A stretch of DNA of 52,020 bases. It comes from a virus. Lineage: Duplodnaviria; Caudoviricetes. Made by a program: the position numbers and the translations under genes. The notes beneath the pieces are model-generated. The model saw nothing but the letters and a program-made list of their open reading frames with translations, searched no databases and was not told the DNA's origin. This document shows positions 17,516 through 26,764 of the stretch, in pieces; position 1 is the stretch's first letter; each line of letters begins with the position of its first letter. Location of the stretch: positions 1 to 52,020 of IMG/VR virus record IMGVR_UViG_3300037706_000027; one strand, given 5' to 3'.

Positions 17516-19722
17516 TCATCCGCGTCATGGTCGCGAATCGCCGCGGCGAGTCATCGACGATCGATGTCGATATACCTGTTACGGCAATTGAAGACGGCCC
17601 GGCGCGCATCTTGGTCGTTGGCCGGAAGGAAACCGACGCGCGCTACAAGGTGTTCAGCCTAGTAATGGATGCGGCTGGCATCGGCCTTGAGGGCGTATCA
17701 GTGGCGGCCAGCGCGGTGGGCGGAACGATCGACCACGCGTCGACCAAGACACTACTGACGGGACCGAACGGCCGAACGCCTGAGCTAACATTGCGGCGCG
17801 AGCCGCGCGACGCAGTGACGGTGACGATGACGGCGGGCGCGATCGAAGATGGTTACCACATCGCTGCACTAGGGGGCTGCGTGATCACGATCAACCAGGA
17901 GTCGACGGGACCCGACACCTACGACATCTGGGCGTCGACTACCGACGCCTGCCCAGGTCAGTTCGTAACGTTGACGATCGCGGGCGGTGTGTTCGACGAC
18001 GGGTCGTTCTCTCAGACGCTGATGATTCAGGCCAACGGAGAGACCGCCCGCCGCAACGTTACGATCGACAAGCCCGAGGAAGGGGCGATCGTAGACGGCA
18101 GCACCGACGGCGGTGACACGAGCCAAGAGATCGATCCCAACCCAATCGTCAGCTTAACGAAGGGAATCACAAAGATCAACGACGGAGAGTATGACGTCTG
18201 GGTTGAGACGAACCCCATTACGCCTAACGCCGTGGTGACGTTCCGAGCGATCGTGGGCTGTGAGTTCACCGGCAGCTCAACGATCGAGCAGCGCACGACG
18301 GGCGGGGACGGCGAGACGGCTCCTATGCGCCTGTTCGTTCTCGACCCAGACTTAGGCGCGACGATGTTTGCTGAAGCGGCGAACGCGCTCGACCTGTACT
18401 TTCAGATCGACCCGATCGCCGCTCCGCCGCCCGTGCCTCCCCCTGATCCGATTCCCCCGCCGCCCAGCGGGTCGAACCTGACGCCCGCATCTCTCTTGCC
18501 GTTCTATAGGGAAATACGTGCGGCAGCCGATGACCCTGCGGACTGGCCTACGCACATCAACAGCAAGGTCGCCGGCTCGCTGGCGTCTATTCTCGCTACG
18601 ATCAACGCCGGCGATGCTCACCCCGTGGTCGATGCTGCCGGCGGCGAGAATTCTCACTATGGTACGCTGCACTGCTTCATCGCGCAGGCCATTCGCCAGG
18701 GATTGGCGCTGGACGACACCAACCCTGATATCGAGACCGTGCTCAAACTGGTACGTAGCTCCATCGCGTGGCAGAAAGACGGCTTGCAGCTGGACCTCGA
18801 CATGAACCCGCTGCCGGGACGTCAGGGCCAGGTGGCGAAGCCCAGCTTAATGCAGCCGTACAAGATCACGAACGCGCTGGACCTGTTTACGGTGTGGTCG
18901 CAGTACACTGGCAGCGCCGACCCCGTGCGTGCGCAGATGGCGGCTGACGCAAGGACGATTCTGCATCGCAACGGTGTTTGGTACTCGGGTGATTCCTGGA
19001 GTAGCAGGGCTCGGTTGGGGTCGGCCGACGGCCCATACACCTCTCCCCGTCCCATCGCGATCTTTATTGAGGTCTGGTCGATGCTGCACAAGATGGGTGT
19101 ACCGTATACCCAGGAACCATCACTGAATCAAAGCGGGGTGTTGAAAGAAGGCAGCTGGTTACGGGAGGTAGAGAAGGGCGTGGAGATCGTAGGGCTGCTC
19201 CTTAACGACGTGCTGACGAAGTTCGGCGGGCAGCAGGACGCGAACGGCATAACCGTAGCCTACGGTGACCTGCGTTGCGCAGCAAGCTCGTGGCGATACA
19301 CAGATCCTGTAGCCAAGACGGGCAAGACGTACATTTCACCGTACGCCATTATCTTTTTCCAGGACGGCATGCTGGCGTACCAACTTGAACATGCGTTTGA
19401 TCAGTATGCGATCGCCGAGGCGGCGACCTATTCCGAGGCGATCGTCGAGGCAGCGATGCGGTACTATCGTAACACAACCAAGTGCTTGCCTTATTTATCT
19501 GCGCACGTAGGACCACCAAATGGGTCGAACAACGACGCCCCCATTCTCAATCACTACTGGCCCGTTGCGGCCCTGAAGGTGGCACGACGAACAGGAGACC
19601 CTGCGATCCGTCAATTCGCGCTGAATCTGATGGCGGGGACCGCGGGGATCAACTGGAACTGGAACATGAAGCAGTCGCAGCAGCTTGTTGATCGAATCTA
19701 CAGCGCGGCGCCCTTGGTATGA
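17512..19722 (+). CDS. Large multidomain virion/receptor-binding protein: tandem Ig-like repeats, Pro linker, helical C-terminal domain
   Basis: 736 aa; repeated Y-D/K-V-W/F...NGET/NGRT units; PPPVPPPDPIPPPP linker. Confidence 0.55.
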   Translation: MIIRVMVANRRGESSTIDVDIPVTAIEDGPARILVVGRKETDARYKVFSLVMDAAGIGLEGVSVAASAVGGTIDHASTKTLLTGPNGRTPELTLRREPRDAVTVTMTAGAIEDGYHIAALGGCVITINQESTGPDTYDIWASTTDACPGQFVTLTIAGGVFDDGSFSQTLMIQANGETARRNVTIDKPEEGAIVDGSTDGGDTSQEIDPNPIVSLTKGITKINDGEYDVWVETNPITPNAVVTFRAIVGCEFTGSSTIEQRTTGGDGETAPMRLFVLDPDLGATMFAEAANALDLYFQIDPIAAPPPVPPPDPIPPPPSGSNLTPASLLPFYREIRAAADDPADWPTHINSKVAGSLASILATINAGDAHPVVDAAGGENSHYGTLHCFIAQAIRQGLALDDTNPDIETVLKLVRSSIAWQKDGLQLDLDMNPLPGRQGQVAKPSLMQPYKITNALDLFTVWSQYTGSADPVRAQMAADARTILHRNGVWYSGDSWSSRARLGSADGPYTSPRPIAIFIEVWSMLHKMGVPYTQEPSLNQSGVLKEGSWLREVEKGVEIVGLLLNDVLTKFGGQQDANGITVAYGDLRCAASSWRYTDPVAKTGKTYISPYAIIFFQDGMLAYQLEHAFDQYAIAEAATYSEAIVEAAMRYYRNTTKCLPYLSAHVGPPNGSNNDAPILNHYWPVAALKVARRTGDPAIRQFALNLMAGTAGINWNWNMKQSQQLVDRIYSAAPLV

Positions 19723-19735
19723 TGGATGGGCGCTG

Positions 19736-20143
19736 ATGCACATGATCGCAGCAGACGGCCCGTACGCGACGTTTGCGGAGCGACCCTACAGGCCACCGAG
19801 GGTAAGAGACTTGGGCGACGCAGTCGAGCGAACCGCTGGACCGGAAAAGCAATCGGGCCCCGTCGTTGAGGTGTCGGATCTCGTCAGTGGCACGCTCAAG
19901 TGGGTGCTGGGGATCTTGGCGGCGGTTATCGTTCTGGGGATCGGCACGCTGGTCAGTCAGACGATCGCGCGAGCGAATCAACTGGAGGCAACGCAGAGAC
20001 AACTTGAGATCGCCAACACGAACCATGCGAGTTTGCAGCAGTTTACGCAGCAACGCTTTTCAGACATGCAGCGGCAGATTGATGCGTTGCAGCGGCAACT
20101 GGAAGCGTCCGAGGAACAGGTGAGGTTGTTATGGCGGAGATAG
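19736..20143 (+). CDS. Membrane protein with one TM helix and a coiled coil (lysis-associated?)
   Basis: WVLGILAAVIVLGIGTLV followed by a Gln-rich heptad region; start uncertain. Confidence 0.6.
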   Translation: MHMIAADGPYATFAERPYRPPRVRDLGDAVERTAGPEKQSGPVVEVSDLVSGTLKWVLGILAAVIVLGIGTLVSQTIARANQLEATQRQLEIANTNHASLQQFTQQRFSDMQRQIDALQRQLEASEEQVRLLWRR

Positions 20144-20388
20144 AACTCACCCGGCATCAGGTCAGGATCATCCTGACCGTCGCGATCATGACGGCAACCG
20201 GCATATGGGCAACCGTGGGGCTACAGATGTGGGGACTCAGGATCGACATGCAGACGAACGCGGATGCCCACTCCGTTTGCGTTGCGATCGCCAGCAGCAA
20301 TAACCTTCAGATACGGCGGAACCGGGCGGACACGATAGCGTCACCGCTAGATTCACTCCCCATGATCGAATGCACTCCTACCAGATGA
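20131..20388 (+). CDS. Small membrane protein
   Basis: N-terminal TM segment, two Cys; GAGG RBS. Confidence 0.55.
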   Translation: MAEIELTRHQVRIILTVAIMTATGIWATVGLQMWGLRIDMQTNADAHSVCVAIASSNNLQIRRNRADTIASPLDSLPMIECTPTR

Positions 20389-20394
20389 GGGTCT

Positions 20395-20703
20395 ATGTCT
20401 GACATGCGGCGAAGCGTGGAAGCGGCAAACCGGCTGGGGATTGATACCCGAGTACACTGGCGGCACAACGCCGAAGCAATCGCGATGCTTGAACGCAAGC
20501 TCGCGCGGCTCAAGTCGGACAAGAATCTCGTGCTGTGCGAACGGTTCGGCATCGTGGACAGGGGCACGCCGAACGAGCGTGTAAGCCTATGGATGTACAC
20601 GGCAACCGCCGAGACGGTGACGGGCAAGGCAGCGTCATCGGAGGATGGATCCGACGGCGAAAATGCAAGCTGGCCGTGCCCAATCTTCTGTCCGGGTGGA
20701 TAG
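20395..20703 (+). CDS. Small protein with C-terminal WPCPIFCPGG motif
   Basis: 102 aa, GAGG RBS. Confidence 0.65.
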   Translation: MSDMRRSVEAANRLGIDTRVHWRHNAEAIAMLERKLARLKSDKNLVLCERFGIVDRGTPNERVSLWMYTATAETVTGKAASSEDGSDGENASWPCPIFCPGG

Positions 20704-20705
20704 AC

Positions 20706-21305
20706 GTGATCGGTTGGATAGTCCTGGCCATCACCGCCCACATCGCGGGCGCTCTCCCTCTCGCGGTGTGTGGCGGCGCGTGGTTCCGGAAGCGGCCCGT
20801 TGCGCCGGCCGCACTGCTCTTATCGGTCGGGTTCGCGCTGTCTGCGGTTGCGGATACGTGGGGGTTATTTCTCGCGCTCAACGGCCGCGACAACCTATGG
20901 ATCACGTACATCCTCATGCCGGTTCAGATGGCGGTGTTTCTGCTGGCGCTCGGCAAGTTGCCGTGGGAACGGGTCATCGTGCTGGTCTATCTTCTCGTGG
21001 TCGCGCTGTCATTCACGGTCGGCGACTTCCGGAATCACGAGGTTGTGGCGTCGGTCCAGTTGGGCGCGCTCGTCTCGCTGATCGCGTTCCAGAATGAGAC
21101 CGTGCGCCGCTGGCGTGAGCCGATCGTGATCTATTGCGCCGCCACCATCCCGTTTCTGCTGGTCATGGGCGCCGCCCCGCCCGCAGAGAATCCCGCGTGG
21201 CGCGGCGCATGGGCCGGATACCAGCTCGTCAGAATCACCGCGCTCGCGTGGATGTCATGGCTGGTTTTCCGCGCCGCCCGGCCGAAGCAATTGGAGGTAG
21301 CATGA
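20706..21305 (+). CDS. Polytopic (about 7 TM) membrane protein
   Basis: GTG 3 nt after the previous stop; multiple hydrophobic helices; GRDNLWITY motif. Confidence 0.7.
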   Translation: MIGWIVLAITAHIAGALPLAVCGGAWFRKRPVAPAALLLSVGFALSAVADTWGLFLALNGRDNLWITYILMPVQMAVFLLALGKLPWERVIVLVYLLVVALSFTVGDFRNHEVVASVQLGALVSLIAFQNETVRRWREPIVIYCAATIPFLLVMGAAPPAENPAWRGAWAGYQLVRITALAWMSWLVFRAARPKQLEVA

Positions 21306-21607
21306 TGGCGTTTGCCTACGTCGCCGGGTTTCTCGCGAGCTTGCTGGCTGGCGCGGGGCTCTTTGTGATCGCGCGGTGGGCGGTCCCGATTCTCCGCGCA
21401 AAGCCGCCCGCGATCACGGATCGGCAACTCAACGAGATCGAGGGTTACGCGGCGGTCAGACGGGAGCTGGTCGCGATTCGCGCCGAGATCGAGGGACTCA
21501 GCCGGGCGGTCAATGGGCTGACCACACACGTCGACGGGCACCACGACGTCACGATGAAAGCGATCGGGCAGATCCACGCCACTTGCAAGTTGCGGAGGCC
21601 GGCATGA
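21302..21607 (+). CDS. Membrane protein with one TM helix and a coiled coil
   Basis: GGAGG RBS; N-terminal TM segment. Confidence 0.6.
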   Translation: MMAFAYVAGFLASLLAGAGLFVIARWAVPILRAKPPAITDRQLNEIEGYAAVRRELVAIRAEIEGLSRAVNGLTTHVDGHHDVTMKAIGQIHATCKLRRPA

Positions 21608-21870
21608 CGGATGCGCTGGACACCGAAGTCCCGACGCCAGACCGCGAGACCATCATCGCCGTGGTCGGAGCAAAACCGTTCTGGCAGTCGAAGACGAACA
21701 TCCACGGAGCGATTACGCTGCTGATCGCGCTCGCGACGTTCCTCTCCGTGCATCCACTACTCGATGCCTGGTCGGAGTGGATTCTGCTGGTCAACGGCGT
21801 CCTCATCATCGTGACGCGCTGGCTCACGAACCAGCCGGTGACGCTCAGGGGATCGCAGCCCGATGCCTGA
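21604..21870 (+). CDS. Holin-like protein (2 TM)
   Basis: KPFWQSKT start motif, two TM helices, RWLTNQPV end; upstream of endolysin. Confidence 0.7.
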   Translation: MTDALDTEVPTPDRETIIAVVGAKPFWQSKTNIHGAITLLIALATFLSVHPLLDAWSEWILLVNGVLIIVTRWLTNQPVTLRGSQPDA

Positions 21871-21888
21871 ACCGAGAAAGGTGGAGTT

Positions 21889-22029
21889 ATGACGAAGTCG
21901 CAGATTGCCTTGTTACTAGCCGTGGTATCACTGCTGTGCGCGGCAGGCGGATTGTTCGGAGCGTTCGCGGTCGGAGTACCTGCGGCGGTGATTTTGCTGG
22001 CGGTCGCCGTGATCGTGTTGGCGGCGTGA
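21889..22029 (+). CDS. 46 aa two-TM microprotein, not in ORF track
   Basis: AGGTGGAG RBS; MTKSQIALLLAVVSLLCAAGGLFGAFAVGVPAAVILLAVAVIVLAA; GTGA overlap with endolysin. Confidence 0.7.
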   Translation: MTKSQIALLLAVVSLLCAAGGLFGAFAVGVPAAVILLAVAVIVLAA

Positions 22030-22526
22030 TCTCCCGCGAGACATGGGGCGCAAAGCACGGGCGCGGCAACGTCATGCCGGACCCCGCGCCCAAGTCACTA
22101 ATCGTGATCCACCACGCGGCCAGTCCACACGTCGATTGCGGCGTTGGCCAGGCTCGCGAAATGGAGATCGTCCGGGGCATCGAACGGCACCACGTCGAGA
22201 CGAACGGTTGGGCCGGGATCGGCTACTCGTTTCTCGCGTTCCAGTCGGGGGACGTCTTCGAAGGCCGCGGCTGGGGCCGGGTAGGTGCCCACACACCGGG
22301 CCGGAACTCGACGAGCTACGGCGTATGCCTCGTCATCAACGGGGACCGCCACACGCCAACAGAGGCGGCGCTCGAGGCTGTGCGGCGGCTGGTTGCGGTC
22401 GGGATCGGGGCGAAGTTCATAGCGCCCGGTTTCCGCGTCGGTGCGCACCGGCAATTCAAGGCGACGGACTGCCCCGGCTCGCTCGTGATGGTCACGCTTT
22501 CGGAGATCGGGCCGCTGTTTCCGTGA
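22026..22526 (+). CDS. Endolysin, N-acetylmuramoyl-L-alanine amidase (Amidase_2/PGRP type)
   Basis: ISRETWGA, IVIHH, GIGYSFL, EGRGW, GAHT and HR...TDCPG zinc-ligand motifs. Confidence 0.93.
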   Translation: MISRETWGAKHGRGNVMPDPAPKSLIVIHHAASPHVDCGVGQAREMEIVRGIERHHVETNGWAGIGYSFLAFQSGDVFEGRGWGRVGAHTPGRNSTSYGVCLVINGDRHTPTEAALEAVRRLVAVGIGAKFIAPGFRVGAHRQFKATDCPGSLVMVTLSEIGPLFP

Positions 22527-23661
22527 GTTCCCCGGCTGGGCGCGTTAGGGGCTCCGGACCTTTCCGTCCCGCGCGGCGCCGCAAGGCGTGGAAGATGGGC
22601 CTCCGGCCGGGGATTTGTTTCCACCGCAGCACAGCGACGGGTACGAGCATCGGCAGATAATTGATTCGGAGGATCGGCGCGAACAGAAGTGACGCCAGCA
22701 GAACAACCCCCATCGAATCCTCGACGGACCACTTGCGCGTCAGAGCCGCGACCAGGATCGGGATGCCGGTTCCGGCCAGCAGCATCCAAGCACGCAGAAC
22801 AGCCGGCAACGAGCCGCCATCGTAGGACCAGAGGCCCAGCGATTCTGTCAGGGACACGAGCGCCATCGAGAGGCTGAGATTGCCGGGCGCGCGGATCGGC
22901 AGCTCTATGCCGGCGAGACTCCAGCGCTGAACGGTTCCGGTCCAGAACTCACCCTGCGATAGCGATGGGAAAACGGCCCCGAGGTACGTCAGCGACTCAC
23001 GGACCGAAGCGGCGGGCCCCAACGAGATGAGGCACACGACACCGGCCACGACAATAGCCGCCGCGGATCCAATCACGGTCCGGCGGTCACGTATCGCGAA
23101 TAACCATACCCAGAGCGTCGTCAGCTTAATCAGAGTCGAGGCGGCCAGTGCTGCCCCGCGCGCGCGACCGGCGTGCGCGAACGCCAGTGCCACGAGCGAC
23201 CATACGATGAGGTCGGCATTGCCCATATTCCAAGCAGGGATCGTGCCGGGCACGAAGAAAAGCAGCGACCCCGCAATCAATGTGGGGCCGAACTCGTAGC
23301 GTCCCACAGCGATTCGGGCCACGACGGCGGCAAAGACCCAGTAGGCCGAACTGAGAAGGACCAGCCAGGCCCGAGCGAATCCGAGGTAGCCAAGTGGACC
23401 GAGTGGCCGAAGGGCGGCGGCGAGGGGCGGCGGGTAGATGTAGGTGGGGTCGGACCGGAAGACGCCGGGCTCGGGCAGCGGATGATAAATGCTGTGGCCA
23501 GCCTGCGGGTTGGTTGCCGCGCGGAAGAATACCGCGGTATCCCGGTCGGCGTCCGTCCGCTGCCACTGCACAGCGAACCCGATGGCGAATACCAGCGGGA
23601 AGATGAGGGAGTAGGTGCGGACGACGAAAGCCAGGCGACCGTTCAGTCTTCGCGTCCGCAA
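22492..23661 (-). CDS. GT87-like (DUF2029) GT-C membrane glycosyltransferase
   Basis: DTAVFFRA, YIYPPP, GNADL and IKL motifs; many TM helices; start uncertain. Confidence 0.8.
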   Translation of the reverse strand: MRTRRLNGRLAFVVRTYSLIFPLVFAIGFAVQWQRTDADRDTAVFFRAATNPQAGHSIYHPLPEPGVFRSDPTYIYPPPLAAALRPLGPLGYLGFARAWLVLLSSAYWVFAAVVARIAVGRYEFGPTLIAGSLLFFVPGTIPAWNMGNADLIVWSLVALAFAHAGRARGAALAASTLIKLTTLWVWLFAIRDRRTVIGSAAAIVVAGVVCLISLGPAASVRESLTYLGAVFPSLSQGEFWTGTVQRWSLAGIELPIRAPGNLSLSMALVSLTESLGLWSYDGGSLPAVLRAWMLLAGTGIPILVAALTRKWSVEDSMGVVLLASLLFAPILRINYLPMLVPVAVLRWKQIPGRRPIFHALRRRAGRKGPEPLTRPAGELTETAARSPKA

Positions 23662-23993
23662 ATCTTTCCTATTGTCACGTCAACGTGCATGTTTTACCTT
23701 CGGATTCCCGGTCCTGACGGGCGATGATGCCCCGCCTGCACCGTCGCGCAATTCGTTGTCATAGTTAGTTTTCCACCACCGCTGCCCACTGCCGTCGGTC
23801 GGGTATCTTAGCTTTTCCTCCGGGCGACCGAGAGAGGTGCCGCCCTCCACGCCGTGACGCCGCGAGGTCCACAGAATGCAACTCTACAGAGTGCCCGCCG
23901 ATCTCCACTCCCGCCCTGAACTTGCACCGCTCGTCAAGCTTGGATGCGAGCCGGGAGAGTTCATCCTTCGCCGCTCCGATCGCGACTGGTTCA

Positions 23994-24488
23994 TCACTTT
24001 GAGCCCTCGGGTCGGCGCTTCCCAGGTGCTCGCCCTGAACTCCCTGACGCCTGTTTGCGAGGTGGAGTCGCTTCCTCTCGGCGCACTAGATCGACCACCT
24101 GCAATCCATCACGAGCCTGGCCGGTCCGGGGATCTACTGCGGGCGTCGTCGGAGTAGGTCGGCCGGATTCGCGCACGCCGTCCACAATATCGGCGACGAG
24201 CAGAAACGCCCGCTGCGCTTCCGTGGCCTCAGGCGGCATCTCTGGGGTGCCCTCGCCAGTCAGCAGCCAATGCGGATTGACACCGTACTCGCGCACGATC
24301 GCTGTGAGCACTTTCCCGCTCGGGACGGCGCTCCCTTTGTACTGATCGAGCGCTCCTTGCGGCGATAAGCCGACGCGCCGGCCGTACTCAGATGCGTTCG
24401 TATGCTCGAACGTGTCCACTATCCATGCGATCCGTGACCGCCACGTTCGCCATGAACGTGTCCCTTGCGTTTTCAAGTTATCTCGCAT
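23994..24488 (-). CDS. CI-like immunity repressor (HTH)
   Basis: ASEYGRRVGLS helix-turn-helix and YGVNPHWLLTGEG signature; divergent from cro-like gene. Confidence 0.8.
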   Translation of the reverse strand: MRDNLKTQGTRSWRTWRSRIAWIVDTFEHTNASEYGRRVGLSPQGALDQYKGSAVPSGKVLTAIVREYGVNPHWLLTGEGTPEMPPEATEAQRAFLLVADIVDGVRESGRPTPTTPAVDPRTGQARDGLQVVDLVRREEATPPRKQASGSSGRAPGKRRPEGSK

Positions 24489-24491
24489 AGG

Positions 24492-24561
24492 TTCAAGTCT
24501 ACTGGAACTCACGTTTTTTCACTCGGTTCCAACATTATGCGATGATTCAAGCAGAATTGAA
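24492..24561. promoter_or_regulatory. Operator palindromes between repressor and cro-like gene
   Basis: TTCAA-gtctac-TGGAA (24492-24507) and TTCAA-gcagaa-TTGAA (24546-24561). Confidence 0.7.
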
Positions 24562-24790
24562 AGCGGCACGTCTCGCCGCGGGCAAGAGCCTGGCTGAAAT
24601 CGGCAAGGTGCTGGGCCTTTCGTACGAGGGCTACCGCAACAAAGAGACGGCCACGACACCTGTGACCGGCACCGAACTCGCACGGCTAGCGGACTACTAC
24701 CAGAGGCCGCTGGACGTGCTGTTCCCGTCGTACCGGCCGACTCTGGGCGAGGTCTCGCTGGCGCGCCATCTGGCCTCCAACCGCGGATAG
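24542..24790 (+). CDS. Cro-like XRE HTH regulator
   Basis: LKAARLAAGKSLAEIGKVLGLSYEGYRNKE. Confidence 0.85.
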   Translation: MIQAELKAARLAAGKSLAEIGKVLGLSYEGYRNKETATTPVTGTELARLADYYQRPLDVLFPSYRPTLGEVSLARHLASNRG

Positions 24791-24793
24791 GGA

Positions 24794-24847
24794 TTCAATA
24801 GTACTTGACAGGTTTCAAGTACGCCGGTAGATTCAAGGCAAGTTGAG
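24794..24847 (+). promoter_or_regulatory. Sigma70-type early promoter overlapped by two operators
   Basis: TTGACA(24805)-17 nt-TAGATT(24828); TTCAA-N6-TTGAC (24794-24809) and TTCAA-N6-TTGAG (24832-24847). Confidence 0.8.
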
Positions 24848-24876
24848 TGTTTCACGTGAAACCTGAAGGCGGGCCA

Positions 24877-25221
24877 GTGACCAGCAACCAATCAACCGGA
24901 ATCGACCCCTGCCGCGAGTGCGACGGCCCCGCTGTCGGCTTCTTCGACCCGAACACCGGCGAAGAGCACGAGCCCGGCGAGGTCCGGTTTCTCCTGCACA
25001 CGGGCGGCCTCAGCCGCTGGTCCGGCTGGATCGAGCAGTCCGGCGAGGCTGCATACCGTGAGACCGCGGCGCGCCACGAGATCGCAATCCTTGGCTCACA
25101 GTGTCGCGACTCAGACGCCATCCCGCTCTGCGCCCGCCACCGCGACGAACTGACGCGAATCCCGACCGCCGAAGACTGGCGCGACGTGCGGACGGATCTC
25201 GCGTTCGACTGGTCACGATGA
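24877..25221 (+). CDS. Hypothetical early protein (Cys-containing)
   Basis: First ORF after the early promoter; ATGA coupling to next gene. Confidence 0.55.
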   Translation: MTSNQSTGIDPCRECDGPAVGFFDPNTGEEHEPGEVRFLLHTGGLSRWSGWIEQSGEAAYRETAARHEIAILGSQCRDSDAIPLCARHRDELTRIPTAEDWRDVRTDLAFDWSR

Positions 25222-25562
25222 ATACGAACCGTCTGTCTCTGACCAATGCGGAATGGCAGTGGGGTGAGCCGATCTATATGGGAGGCTACGAGCCGCCCGA
25301 CGCTGACGGCGCGTTCGCCCGACCCGTGCGCTCGCTTCTTAGCGCTGTTGGCGAGCGAGTCATCGTCTACCACGAAGCATACTGGTTGCCGCCCCAAGAA
25401 GTCGTGGACCTGATCGCCGCCGCTCCCGCGCTCCTGAAAGCGTGCGAGGAGATGTTGTCGGAGATCCGCGCCTATCAGGGCGAAGCGGAACACGAGCCCG
25501 GCCCAGTACAGGACTGGTGCAATATGCTTAGTGCCGCCATCGCCAAAGCACGAGGCGGCTGA
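25218..25562 (+). CDS. Hypothetical early protein
   Basis: LIAAAPALLKAC...AAIAKARG, a common phage small-protein motif. Confidence 0.7.
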   Translation: MNTNRLSLTNAEWQWGEPIYMGGYEPPDADGAFARPVRSLLSAVGERVIVYHEAYWLPPQEVVDLIAAAPALLKACEEMLSEIRAYQGEAEHEPGPVQDWCNMLSAAIAKARGG

Positions 25563-25982
25563 ATGTCCTCCGCAACCTTCGTCGAACGCGGCATAACCTG
25601 CCCAGCGTGCAACAGCACCGGCCGCTTTCTCGCGCTCGAAACGACACGCGCCGCGCTTAACCACATCACGATCGTCCGCGCTCGCTGTCTTTCGTGCGGC
25701 ATGATCGTGCTCCACGATTGCGCGACCAGCACGACGACGATTGCCCCGCAACGGCCGGTATCGCTGCTGGGGCTGGCCACTCGGGCCACGGAGCCGCCAC
25801 CTCCGGAAGGGGACGGGAACAACCTTCGTGGTCCGGGTGCGCCAGTCTGCCCGAAATGCGAGCGGCCGGGGCCGTACTACTCCGGCGGCGATGTGCGTGA
25901 GAATGGCGCGGTCATCGTTCGAACGATTGTGTGCCAGTGCGGCACGCGGCTCTCGTATGACGGCGTTACGGTGGAGGGCTGA
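25563..25982 (+). CDS. Double zinc-ribbon protein
   Basis: CPAC/CLSC and CPKC/CQC pairs separated by a Pro-rich linker. Confidence 0.6.
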   Translation: MSSATFVERGITCPACNSTGRFLALETTRAALNHITIVRARCLSCGMIVLHDCATSTTTIAPQRPVSLLGLATRATEPPPPEGDGNNLRGPGAPVCPKCERPGPYYSGGDVRENGAVIVRTIVCQCGTRLSYDGVTVEG

Positions 25983-26201
25983 ATGCGCCGCTACCACGTC
26001 ATTACGGTTCGGCCTTCCGCGCCCGACGATCGCGAGGTCTCGATAAGGGTGCTGCGGAGGCTTCGTCCGGGTTTGCGCACACCGGAGCAAGTACTTCTGA
26101 ATTCGGGCGCGGACACGGACATCATCACGCGGACCGCGGCGGCGATCCTGCTGCGGAGCCTCCGACGGTTTCGTCGCCGGATAACGAGAGAGGCTTAGGC
26201 A

Positions 26202-26582
26202 ATGAACAAGCACATGCGGTACATCGTCGAAGAATGGTTGCCGACGTTGGATGATGCGGCGCTCCAGAGGATACAGGACGCGCCGGCGGACCAGTGGCTG
26301 CACGGCGCTTTCAATGAGCGGGGCACGTACCTCGCACGAGAGTACCACGGGCCGACGTGCCTGATGGGCCACGCATACGGTCCGTGGATGGCCGCCCAGA
26401 TATACGTGCAGGATGACACGATCGCGCGTCACTTCGACATACTGTGCCGCACCGTTCCCTTGGAAGCATGGTTGAAGGGTATCGCGGATCGCGAAGTTAC
26501 AGACGCGATCCGTGCCGAAGCACGCCGACTGCTGGCCACTCGACGGCTCGCCATTGACGTTCCTGTCGCGTCCGTGGTCTGA
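26202..26582 (+). CDS. Hypothetical protein
   Basis: GAGG RBS; CLMGH motif. Confidence 0.6.
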   Translation: MNKHMRYIVEEWLPTLDDAALQRIQDAPADQWLHGAFNERGTYLAREYHGPTCLMGHAYGPWMAAQIYVQDDTIARHFDILCRTVPLEAWLKGIADREVTDAIRAEARRLLATRRLAIDVPVASVV

Positions 26583-26764
26583 ATGCTCGCCCTCTACCGT
26601 TCGCTCCGACTGCTGTACGCGCCGCGTAAGGCCATGCGTCTGGCACTGATAGCGACGGCACCCGGTTACTTCCCCGTCCCGATGGAGCGCGGGCAGCACT
26701 GTGCGCAGGATCGCGCTCACTCGAACGAGGCCGGTCATGCGATGAAGTATGGCCGGAGAGTCGC

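Noticed and set aside
23876-24157. 93-aa plus-strand ORF with a GAGG RBS
   Set aside because: It overlaps the repressor 3' end by 164 nt convergently. It may be real but cannot be supported.
24792-24802. GATTCAATAGT resembling the concatenated NN string GATTTTAATAGT as a self-target
   Set aside because: The match is short and imperfect and needs an indel, so it is compatible with chance.
24852-26738. 628-aa reverse-strand ORF
   Set aside because: Shadow of tightly coupled plus-strand genes in GC-rich DNA; no motifs.
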